NCBI RefSeq assembly: GCF_001194135.2
Contig: NC_068982.1
Location: forward strand, 149,629,151 to 149,693,150
Length of the DNA stretch: 64,000 bases
Direction: 5' to 3'
From: Octopus bimaculoides
Taxonomy: Eukaryota
Part shown: positions 39,925-51,330 of the stretch, piece after piece
Position numbering within the stretch: position 1 is the first letter of the stretch
Layout of the letters: every line of letters begins with the position of its first letter
The notes under the pieces: generated by a model
Told to the model about the DNA's origin: nothing
The model's input: the letters and a program-made list of their open reading frames with translations, nothing else
The model's database searches: none
Position numbers and translations under genes: made by a program

Positions 39925-40485
39925 GAGTGAGAGAGCAGTGCATGCCATCAAAGTGACACTGGGGTAAAATATACAAAGCCCAGTATACCCATCATGACTA
40001 CCTGTCTGATAAAGGTACATTAGGCACATGCATCACAACCACCATATGTACGCGACATGGTGATCTCATAACAAGATAGACAGCGCATGACCTTGCAGGT
40101 GGAGCCCAGTTAGAATTTTCTTCAGGTCGAGTAGCCCATCCCGCTCAAAAGGTCCCTGAATAAGGTTTGTTTAAGGATGTTGAGCAAAACACCCATGTTT
40201 CCAAAGGTGAATTATTCAAACCCCAAAGAACTCCTCTCAACACATGGCTTTGATGCTCCTCCACTACTTCTGCTCATGATCAGAGATGCACATATCGTCA
40301 GCCCCCAAGGGACATGCTCAAGCGGTTAAAATCAAGCAACTGACAAACAAATCTGTGGTATTGAGCAGAATATTTGCTGTAGCCCATCTTTTATACCATG
40401 ACAAAACAATGTACATGATAACACTTCCAATCAGTTAAGATCAGAAACCATGAGAGCCACTGTCTGGTACTGCATTGGGGTATTC
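39397..40485. mobile_element. Two tandem copies (39397-39865 and 39925-40485) of a non-coding element embedded in (TAA)n
   Basis: Both start gagtgagagagcagtgcatgccatcaaagtgacact and are co-linear. (ATT)n tracts lie left of, between and right of the copies. Copy 1 has internal deletions. Confidence 0.85.
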
Positions 40486-41514
40486 ATTATTATTATTGTT
40501 ATCATTGTTGTTTTTGTTGTTGTTGTTGTTGTTGTTAAATGGTTATTTTTTATAATTGCACAGCTTGTTTTTATCATTGACTTTATTACTTTTACTTGTA
40601 TATGATTCTCCTTCTCCCTCCTCAACCCATTATGTGGTACTACATAACTTAACTACTAACACTTTCTAAGACAACACCAGTTGTCTCCACATTTCTCTAG
40701 TTAGTGTCAGCTGTAAAATGCCATTATTCAACTTATTCTAATCAGACAGACAGTCAGTTGTCTTTCTCTCACATTATTATTCCTCCTAAATCTTCAGCTA
40801 ATATCTTTCCCATATGGCAAGTGGTAGTCTCTACCTCAAGGCTCAACATCATTATCGTCATCAGTATCTTCTTCTTCTTCTTCTTCTTCTTCTTCTTCTT
40901 CTCCTCCTCCTCCTCCTCCTTCTTTCCACGCCACTTCCTCCACTTCCTCCTCCTCCACCTCCTCCTTTTATACTCCTCTTGTTCTCTCCTCCTTCCCTCC
41001 ACTCAAAAACAATTCCACCATAGAGTGTTTTTATTTACTTCCATCCAGTTAAAAGAACAGCTTTCATCTAGAGTACATTTTATTTCTTTCACTTAGGAAA
41101 CATATCTGTTGGCAACTCCTATACATATATAAATAATTGTCAGCAAATTTAAAATATCCACATTTTTTACACACAGAAAATCTAACACACACTCATACAC
41201 ACAACACATACGGTTGGTGTGTATGACACAAATCTTCAAATGAGATTCAAAACTATTTGATGTACAGAGAAGAGTCTATGTTTTTATGTATTATCTCTTA
41301 GCTGAAGGCCCCCCACCATGGTTTTAATATTTCAACAAACAAAGTTTCCACTTCCCTAAGAAATTAGTGTCTACATAAGATGCCTATCATCATCATTATC
41401 ATCATCATTATCATCATCGTCGTCATCATTGTTACCACCATCATCATCACCACCATCATCGTCATCATCATCATCATCACCGTCAATGTTGTCATCATCA
41501 TTGTTATTTATTCA

Positions 41515-43090
41515 TCATCATCATCATCGTTTAACGTCCGCTTTCCATGCTAGCATGGGTTGGACGATTTAACTGAGGACTGGTGAACCAGATGGCTACA
41601 CGAGGCTCCAATCTGATTTGGCAGAGTTTCTACAGCTGGATGCCCTTCCTAACGCCAACCACTCCGAGAGTGTAGTGGGTGCTTTTACATGCCACCGGCA
41701 TGAAGGCCAGTCAGGCGGTACTGGCAACGGCCACGCTCGAAATGGTGTATTTTATGTGCCACCTGCACAGGAGCCATTATTATTGTCATTATTAAATACA
41801 TGTGATAAGGTGGCGAGATGGCAGAATCATTAGCACACTGAACGAAATGCTTAGCGGTATTTTGCCTCTCGCTACGTTCTGAGTTCAAATTCCACCAAGG
41901 TCAACTTTGATTTTCATCCTTTCAGGGTCGATAAATTAAGTAACAGCAAAACACCGGGGTCAAGTAATCGACTAGTCCCCTCTCCCGAAATTTCAGGCCT
42001 TGTGCTTATAGTAGAAGGGATTATTAATTACATGTAAAGGTGGCGAGCTGGCAGAATCATTAGCATGTTGGACAAAATGCTTATTGGCATTTTGTCCATC
42101 CTTGCTTTCAGAGTTCAAATTCCATCAAGTCAACTTTGTTTTTCATCCTATCAGGCTCAATGAAATAAGTACAAGTCAAGTAATGGGTCTATGTAATTGA
42201 CTAGCCCACTCTAACAAAATTTCAGGCCTTGTGCTTGTAATAGAAAGTGTTATTAATTACTAGCTGGCCCCATGCCATCAAAAATGACAGCTAATTGTAG
42301 TATTTTATATATAAATATGGATAGTAAATCAAATTAATACACTTGTCAATATTATCTGGTGGTTGTCATTTGAGATGTGACATCGATCATCATTTGTTAC
42401 TGAAAGAACACTGGTTCACACATATATTCATATACTTCCCTTGTACACATACACACACACACACACACCTCCCTTTTACATACACACACAAAATTGAAAC
42501 AGTATTTGATTTTTTTTCACTGTAGAATTTCCATCATCCCACTACCAGGTTTGCCATCACCCCTTCCTTTCTCATTCATATGTTGTGACGGAGAAAAAAC
42601 ATAAGAGTATTATTATAGTAGATACTTTATTAGGCGGCAAGCTAGCAGAAACATTAGCACGCTGGGCAAAATGCTTATCGGTATTTCGTCTGGCGTTGCG
42701 TTCTGAGTTCAAATTCCGCCAAGGTCGACTTTGCCTTTCATCCTTTCGGAGTTGATAAATTACGTACCAGTTACGCAATGGGGTCGATGTAATCGACTTA
42801 ATCCCTTTGTCTGTTCTTGTTTGTCCCCTCTGTGTTTAGCCCCTTGTGGGCAATAAAGAAATAAGATACTTTATTAGGCGGTGAGTTGGTAGAATTCTGA
42901 GCAAAGTGGACAAAATGCTTAACAATATTTCTTCCTGCTCTTTACATTCTAGGTCCAAATTCCACCAAATTTCACCAAATTTCACCAAGTTCAACTATGC
43001 TTTTCCCCCTTTTGGAATCAATAAAATAGGTACCTGTTGCATTCTGGGGTTGATATATTTGGTTTACCCACTCCCTTAAAATTGCTGACA
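41515..43090. mobile_element. Cluster: RTE 3' UTR (41515-41775, minus) and four family A SINEs (plus)
   Basis: Direct homology to the copies above. agatactttattaggcgg is duplicated around the 42635 copy. Confidence 0.8.
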
Positions 43091-43224
43091 TAGTAACAAA
43101 AATTTGGTCGACTTTGCCTTTCATCCTTTTTACTTACCCCTTCCACCAAAGTTGCTGGTTTTGTGCCAAAATTTGAAACCATTATTATTATTGTTGTTGT
43201 TATTATCATTATTATTATCATTGT

Positions 43225-43473
43225 TCAGTAGTTTTATTTTTTATAACGTGCTTTCACTTCACTACCGAGCGCAGCTCTGTGCGCCTTGGGTATGTGCTGT
43301 GGTTTGCTGTGGTGCTCTTATGGTTACTGTATTGAAAGTGTTTTGCGTAGGATGTGTGCAGTGCCCAGTAGTGCAATTTTCTGTATGTTATATATATTTG
43401 TAAGTCCTGGTGTTTTTGTTATGTATTTGTCTGAATATTTTTTTTATTATACCTAAGGCACCTACTATGATAG
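43225..43473 (-). mobile_element. R4/Dong-like RLE LINE extreme 3' end with (TAA)-type tail
   Basis: Minus strand IIVGALGIIKK..., then after a frameshift YSDKYITKTPGLTNIYNIQKIALLGTAHILRKTLSIQ*, a short 3' UTR and a TAA/CAA tract at about 43162-43224. Runs into gap 43474-44145; (TAT)n resumes at 44238. Confidence 0.85.
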
Positions 43474-44230
43474 NNNNNNNNNNNNNNNNNNNNNNNNNNN
43501 NNNNNNNNNNNNNNNNNNNNNNNNNNNNNNNNNNNNNNNNNNNNNNNNNNNNNNNNNNNNNNNNNNNNNNNNNNNNNNNNNNNNNNNNNNNNNNNNNNNN
43601 NNNNNNNNNNNNNNNNNNNNNNNNNNNNNNNNNNNNNNNNNNNNNNNNNNNNNNNNNNNNNNNNNNNNNNNNNNNNNNNNNNNNNNNNNNNNNNNNNNNN
43701 NNNNNNNNNNNNNNNNNNNNNNNNNNNNNNNNNNNNNNNNNNNNNNNNNNNNNNNNNNNNNNNNNNNNNNNNNNNNNNNNNNNNNNNNNNNNNNNNNNNN
43801 NNNNNNNNNNNNNNNNNNNNNNNNNNNNNNNNNNNNNNNNNNNNNNNNNNNNNNNNNNNNNNNNNNNNNNNNNNNNNNNNNNNNNNNNNNNNNNNNNNNN
43901 NNNNNNNNNNNNNNNNNNNNNNNNNNNNNNNNNNNNNNNNNNNNNNNNNNNNNNNNNNNNNNNNNNNNNNNNNNNNNNNNNNNNNNNNNNNNNNNNNNNN
44001 NNNNNNNNNNNNNNNNNNNNNNNNNNNNNNNNNNNNNNNNNNNNNNNNNNNNNNNNNNNNNNNNNNNNNNNNNNNNNNNNNNNNNNNNNNNNNNNNNNNN
44101 NNNNNNNNNNNNNNNNNNNNNNNNNNNNNNNNNNNNNNNNNNNNNTTGAGATGTCTTAGAAAGTTAAAGAAGTGATTTTAAATTCTCAAACGCAGGATAA
44201 TGCTAATAATATAGCCTGAACAGGATAAAC

Positions 44231-44287
<57 letters not shown>

Positions 44288-44764
44288 CATTATTATTAGA
44301 GTTGTAGATTGGCAGAATCGATTGAGCATCAAAAAAATAAATGTTTTACAGAATTTATTCTGACTCTTTACATTCTGAATTCAAATCACGTTAAGGCCAA
44401 CTTTACTTTCCAGCCTTACAAAGTCTTTAAGATGCATTAGTGAAGCATGTGTGAGTGGGGGAGATATAATTGATTAAACCATTCCACTTAAAATTGCTGG
44501 CCTAGTGCCTAAATTAGAAATTATTATCAAGGGTATTGAACTTCGCAGAATTGTTGGTGTGTCAGATGAAATACCTTGTGGTAGCTGTTTCAGTTCTTTA
44601 CATTCTGAGTTCAAAACATGTCAAAATCAATTTTGCTTTTCATCTATTCAGGACTGGAACAATAAAGTACTTGTACCAAATACTACAAAGGGTGATTTAA
44701 TTGACTCCCTTTGAAATTTCAGACTTTGGGCTTCTGTTAAAAACAATTATGCCAATTATTAAAA

Positions 44765-45260
44765 ATTATACCTGATAATGCCCGTGTTATACCTGATAAT
44801 ACTCATGTTGCAGGATAGATAATTAGTATGTTGCAGATAACAAATAAAATTAGAATCAAAAGGAAAAAGTTGTAGATATAAACGTTATGAGACTACGGTC
44901 TGATAAGTAAATTCCTTTGTGAATAATGTTTCTTCCTTAATAATATGAAGAAATAATCAAAACTTCTGCTCTCAAACATTATCTCACTCTTTCACTTTCC
45001 CTTACACTCGTCCATTTCCTCATTTTCCCTGACTCACTCACTCACTTGCTTACACTCTGTTTTCCTCAGCTTCACTCACTCAATTTCTTTCGCTTTCTCA
45101 TATACTCTTCTATATTCTTCCTGTTTCTGGTTTCAATAATGCCGTAGCAACCAAGATGGGACATCACCATTTGCTGGTAATTGTAGTTAAAGAGAGAATT
45201 ATTCTCTCTTCTAGGCTATAGCTAGTACATCTGAGAATTTTAGTAACCAGTTTATTAATC
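44765..45260. mobile_element. Possible Helitron/Helentron-type non-autonomous remnant
   Basis: Starts with duplicated atacctgataatgcccgtgtt, resembling the ACCCGGCGTTGCCCGGG start at 63439 and 63746. CT-rich interior. Confidence 0.3.
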
Positions 45261-45269
45261 CAACTTTCA

Positions 45270-46130
45270 TTGATATTTGGTTGAAAAGGAAGTCCTGTGA
45301 TGTTTCAAGATGAGAAAGAAACATGCTTCTTTGGTCTTAATTGATATATTTAATCAAGATAATATTTGCCTTCATTATCGATAACATAATCCCATCTAAT
45401 TGCCAAACTGTTGATCACTCGGGTATAAAGTTCTTCTTCAGGTTTTGAAGCAAAAAAAAAACAAAAAAACACTCAGTGTTATTTTTAACCACTTCACAAT
45501 TAATAAATTGTTTTCCCTCTTAACAATGTTGCAATGATCTGAAAAGATGATAGTCAGATGAAGCAAGGTCTGGAGAGTAAGAGGGATGAGGCAAAACTTC
45601 AGTATTTAGTACCATAATCTTTTCCTGAGTGATTTGGACAACATGTGATCTTGCTTTATAATGCAAAAGCAATACCTCTTTATGACTAACCAATGATGGA
45701 TACTTTTTCTGCAAATTTTTGTGCAATGCTTCCAACTAACAACTATACTTTTCAGCTTTAACTGCTTCATTGCTTCATTTTGGTTTAACACTTCAAAATA
45801 GACAACACCCTTCATATTCCCTCAAACATGGAACATAACTTTTTTTTAGTATAGTGGTGGTTTGAGGATGTATTTTCTTTTTCCATTGGGTTCTAACCAT
45901 TGTCATTTTCAGTGGATATGATTATAGAGAGCTCACTTTTTATCACTTGTAATGAATCTTCCCAGGAAAGGTTTGGTAGCAAGTCTATTCTTCAATGACA
46001 AGCTGGGAAGCAATCAGATGATGAGGAGTCTGCTGACTAAATTTCAAAACTTTTCCAAGTTCATGAAAGTGTTTTGTAATTGAAGTGTGACTTAAATTGA
46101 ACTGCTTTGCTAATACTTATGCAGAGTTGC
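45270..46130 (-). mobile_element. mariner (DD34D) transposon remnant
   Basis: MKGVVYFEVL and LLLHYKARSHV...VLPHPSYSPDLASSDYHLFRSLQH: 34 residues between the degenerate second D position and the final D. TIR-like tatttggttgaaaaggaagtcctgtgatgttt at about 45270. Confidence 0.85.
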
Positions 46131-48556
46131 TTTAGATTTTCCTCAGCTGTGGGTTTCAGAAGCTCGATACTGGCAGAAGTTGGTCTTACAGATCAAAGGA
46201 AATATTCTGAGTAAAACAGACTAAACAATCATTGACATATCCAGACACTTAAAGCTTAATTTCCATGGACAGAACAAATATAGAACCATTTTTGAATTCA
46301 TACAGTATACAGTGTCCAATAAGCGTCACATATAAATTCATTTTAAAAAGGCAAAATTAATGTAGATTTAACCACTATGGTATAAAGTAAGCTGCAAAGA
46401 AAGAAAAAACATGAGAATGTTAAAAATGAAATACAACAGGACTTTCTTTCCAATCTAATACATTCTCCATCCATGCTGTAAAGAGCTCTTCCATTCTATG
46501 ATAATCCAAACTATTGTATATGTATACGAAAACACACACACACATGCATGCACACATGCATGCACACATGCACATGTATGAACGCTTGCACACATGCATG
46601 CACGTGTGTGTGTGTGTGGGTGTGTGTACACAAACAGGTAAAAGAGAACTCACTTCAAAATGTGTGCTCTATTGAATGCACAACGTTCATGTGCATGCAT
46701 GACAAAGTGCCAATGCATGGATAGAAAAATTAGGCATAAGAAGAATCCGGTATAATGTGCATGAAATATGGCTGCTCTGATATGGTCATGTGATATGTAT
46801 GGATGAGAACTGCATAAAAATAGTGCCAATCGCTAAATGTGGATGGAAATTGTGGAACAAGAAAATCCTGGAAGGCATGGAATGAAATAGTGAAGGTTGG
46901 TCTCATGATATTGAACCTCATGGAAGGGATGACAAAGGACTAAGATGATGCTGGAGAAGACTCTGCTGAAAAAGACCAGTCTTTCTCAATGAAAGTGATG
47001 TCCTAAAAGCATTATGTTTATGTTAATATATTCCCTAGCCCCTGCCCTTGTTCTCAAACTATCCCCACTAAGTCTTCCCCAACTGCTCATCTTCTTAATA
47101 CCCACCACCTTTGTCCACTACTCATCATAGCCACCCCTACATTTCTCTGACATCCATTTCTGTCACTGTGCATCTCCCCACCTTTCTCTCCCTTTTGCAT
47201 ACCCCCTCCACTCTCCCACCTTGCACTTTATCGCCATATTCCCAGATCTTCTAACAATGGCACTATTCAGCTGCTACATCATAAGAGAACAGAATATGTA
47301 TATGTTTTATCTCCTGTTTTGGTTATCATTTATCTTATCATGTCCCTAGAATCACTTCCTCATTCTCAACATCATCCCTTCTTTATTTCCCCTGATCACC
47401 TCTTTCTGTGCCTCTAGTTATCTCTCTTCTGTCCTCTGAAATATATCTTAGAACTGTCATTACCTTATGCTTAACACCCTCTCTTATCTGCTATCACTCT
47501 CACCATTGTCATATTTACCATCAACAACTTTCCCACCACCTTTGTCCCTACTCGTCATAGCCTCCCCTACGTATCTCTACCATCCATTTCTGTCACTGTA
47601 CATCTCCCACTTCTCTTTCTCTTGTGCATGCCCCCTCTCCCACCTTGCTCATTATCTCTCTGTTTTCTTATCTATCAACAGGTTTATTTTACTGCTGCCC
47701 TCCACCCTTCTTGTACTTCTACTTATCACCTCCTCTTACCTGACTCACTCCTAGTCTTTCACCTTTTCATCCATCTTCAACTATCTATTAATTTCTCAAA
47801 TTCTAATGTATTTGTCCATACACCCTTTTCCATTTTTCTGTCCGTATTTTCTCTTATACTGACCTTCCTGTATCTTGAGAGTTTACTCTGACACCTCATC
47901 AGTATCATCATTGTTTTCTTTTCAGCTATTCTCACTTACAACTGAAAACCTATCATATATATATATCTATATATACGTGTGTATATAGATATATTGTGTG
48001 TGTGTGTGTATCTATGTGTATATGTCTGTCTTTGTCTTCCCATTAGCGCTTGACAACCAGTGTTGGTGTGTCTGTGTCCCCATAACTTAGTGGTTCAGCA
48101 AAAGAGACTGATAGAATAAGTATCACTCCTTAAAAAAAGTACTAGGGTCAATTCATTTAACTAAAAACTCAAGGAGGTGCCCCAGCATGGCCACGGCCTA
48201 GTGACTGAGACAAGTAAAAGATAGAAAATAAAAGATAACCTCTCAACACCTGGCATAAAGCCACCTTCTTTTCTGCTACAATACCTACCACTCAGCTTAG
48301 GGAATATTTTTCTTTCTCTTGTGTGTTAGTTGGCAACCTCACTAGTGCGAGTGTCATAAAAAAAAGCAAGGAGAACATTCTGGAATGCAGTTGGCATAAA
48401 TAAGAGCATCCAACCATAGAAACCATATCAAAGCTGACATTAGAGTTTGACACTGTCCTATCAAACTATGTTGGATCCTATCAAACTATCCAACCCATTT
48501 AATATCGAAGAGGGGCATTAAATGAGGATGATGATGATGTTATATATATGTATGTA

Positions 48557-49818
48557 GAGGGGTTGAACAAAATAATGGAAGCACCTTAAAATTTCGAACA
48601 AATTTATTTTAATATGGGCTAGGATTGCCTTTGGCAGTAATTACAGCTTGAATTCTACAAGGGATGGATTCGTACAAAGTTTGAATTGTTTCCAAAGGAA
48701 TTTTTGTCCATTCTTCAGCTAAAACAGTCCCCAGTTCTTGTAGTGATGATGGTGGAGGATATCGACTCCTTACTTGTTTTTCTAAAATGCACCATAAATG
48801 TTCGATAATATTGAGATCTGTGAACTGTGGTGGCCAGATAAGATGTTCAACTTCACTAGAATGCTCCTTGTGCCATTCAGTTACAACTTTAGCTGTGTGA
48901 ATTGGTGCATTATCATCCTGAAAGGTTGCGTTTTCCTCCAGAAACAGTTCCACAGTCATAGGATGAATTTGATCAGATAAAATACTTAAATAGTCTTGAC
49001 TATTAATTCTGCCATGAAGGGAAACCATTGGGCCAGTGGATTTCCAAGATATAGCCCACCCCCAGATCATCACAGATCCTCCTCCATGTTTAACAGTTGG
49101 AAGAAGGCAGTCTGGGTCAAATGCTTCTTTTGGCTGTCTCCACATGTATACTCAGGCGGTGGTCGGAAATAAGGTAAAGGATGACTCGTCTGAGAAAATG
49201 ACATTCTTCCACTGTTCTAGGGACTAATTCTGTAGGTTTTTACTCCACTCTCAACACTTTGCAGCATTTGTTTTTGAAAGTAGTGGTTTTCTGATTGCAG
49301 CCCTCCTGTGAAATCTGGCTTTGTGCAGCTCCCGGCAAACAGTTTCTTTGAAAACTGGGTTCTCAAGGTGGTCATTAAACTCTGCAGTAATTTTGGGAGA
49401 TGTACTTTTATGATCCTTTCTAACAATTCATGTGAGAGTCCGACGGTCCCTATCTGAAAGTTTTGGTTTTCTTCCAGAGTTTTGTTTCAACGAGGAGGTT
49501 TTTCCCTCTTTCTCAAAAGCTGTCATTACTTCTTGATAGACCAAACATTTTGGCTGTTTTCATTACACTAACGCTTACCTTACAAGCACCAACAATTTGA
49601 CCTCTTTGAAAGTCCTACAGAGCTGGCAGTTTAATGAATTTTAATTACCTTTTTCTGATGATATCTGAAAAGAAAGAGCTATTTTAGCAAAACATATTAA
49701 GCAACACTAATAATAACTCAAAAAACATAAAAATAAACAAGCTTTTGATGGTTTTATAGATACTTCAAAATTATGATGCTATGATGCTAGGTGTTTCCAT
49801 TATTTTGTCCAACCCCTG
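48557..49818 (-). mobile_element. Full-length Tc1-like transposon, DD36E spacing, 1262 bp
   Basis: 30-bp TIRs (C/G)AGGGGTTG(G/A)ACAAAATAATGGAA(A/G)CACCT, with TA on the left and TT on the right. Transposase motifs VIFSDES, VKHGGGSVMIWG, QDDNAP and DLNIIEHLW. Confidence 0.93.
48609..49200 (-). pseudogene. Tc1-like transposase catalytic domain (DD36E)
   Basis: FSDES (about 49180-49195) is in frame with ORF 48609-49145 except for one TGA, likely CGA decay. 36 residues lie between the D of DNAP and the E of IIEH. Upstream DNA-binding region is disrupted by stops. Confidence 0.9.
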
Positions 49819-50199
49819 TTTGTATGTATGTATGTATGAATGTATGTATGTATAAATGAATGTATATATGTGCATGTATGCATGATTTTGTATTTTAGTA
49901 TCTTCATGTCCTGACATCATATGATAATTGTAAATGAGTATCACTATTATATAAGAGATGTTTTTTGTTTCCAATATACCATGAAAATATATTTGGCCAT
50001 GGAAATATATCACCTTGCATATAAACATGTAAGGGCAACCAGCCATTGAAAATTTGCCTCAACAAATTTTGCCCAATCCCTGCAAGCATGGAAAAGTGGG
50101 CATTAAAATGGTGATGATATATGTATGCATGTATGTATGTATGTATGTACGTATGTATGTATGTATGTATGTATGTTTGTATGAGTGATGACAAGATGA

Positions 50200-50480
50200 A
50201 CCAGAAGTATAAGGAGAGTGATATCAATGGCTGAGAGGCCTTGCTGGAAGGAGAGGAACAAGGGAATCACATAAGCATGGCTCTGTTTCACCTTGGAGCG
50301 GTTGTAGGGGACAGACATGTGTAGCCTATGGAGTAGAGGGAATTTGCTGTCAGGTTCTGGTCAGAGGTTAGGCAGGTAAGGTACCAACAGATATAACTCA
50401 GTTGGAAAGGATCAATGCGATGAGAACTAGAGAGGTAGGTGAAGATACTTAAGGATCTAGAGTTCCATGAAACAGAAATC
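50200..50480 (-). mobile_element. Probable Penelope-like fragment (RT to GIY-YIG linker)
   Basis: PLQPLQGETEPCLCDSLVPLL resembles, from recall, the PLE linker PLLxFKRxxNLRDSLV. Decayed. Confidence 0.4.
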
Positions 50481-51069
50481 AAAATGTCCTGGGATATGTA
50501 TTTATAAACTTGTCATGAAAATCAATAGAATATTTTTTTAAATACCATGACTGTCATTTTAATTACAGTATATAAGTTTTAACTTACAGATATAATTGAT
50601 TATGATGTGAATTGGAATATGTGTGTATGTACATATAGAATGCTTACTTACATAAACCTATATACACACATATACAAACACAGCTACTTGTACATACAAG
50701 TACATGCACATGCACACATGAAATAAAAATAATGAAATAAATTCACATACATTCAATTATTTATATGTGTATGTATGTGTAATTTTATGTCCAGATAGTT
50801 GTTTGCATTTATGAATATGAATGTGTATGTAGGTAGGTAAACAGTTTATCAAGATATAATGTGTTTTTATCAATATAGCTGCAAAATGAAATACATATAT
50901 ATGTATTTCATTTTACATCACAACAAACAATATCTGACAGTTTTCAAATTTATGTACTGTAATCACATGACCTTAAAACTATTTTTTAAAATATCCTATT
51001 GATCTCTATGACAAGGCTATAAATACATATCCCATATTATTTTAATCTAAGCCAGAAAAGTGTCTTGAC

Positions 51070-51330
51070 ACCAAACCCCACACACATACCCATCAGATCA
51101 AACTTGACTTGTTTCTTGCCATTCTTCTACATCTAATATCCATGTCTTTGACTTTAAAGACCTTTTATTACAGTAAAGATGAGAAACATAATCCTTTGCC
51201 CAGTTTTGCATAGCTACCTGGTCTTCAGTTGCCTTTTGCAGAATCCCCTCTATTGCAAGTGTTTTGACCTCATCTGAAGGTAACCCTATAACCTGATGCG
51301 CTACTTCCAACTGTATTAACACATGACTTG
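51070..51330 (-). mobile_element. RTE-type LINE C-terminal remnant
   Basis: ORF 51098-51322 (LEVAHQVIGLPSDEVKTL...KRSLKSKTWILDVEEWQETSQV) aligns by eye to the RTE tail LRWxGHVxRxPxxR...KRDLKxxxIDxxxWEExAQDR. Confidence 0.6.

Noticed and set aside
40420-40490. HDV-like ribozyme at the end of the TAA-flanked element
   Set aside because: A manual fold could not place P3/L3 with the required U...G pair and an adjacent P1 strand.
51098-51322. Protein-like 74-aa ORF as a host exon
   Set aside because: Better explained as an RTE LINE C-terminal remnant.
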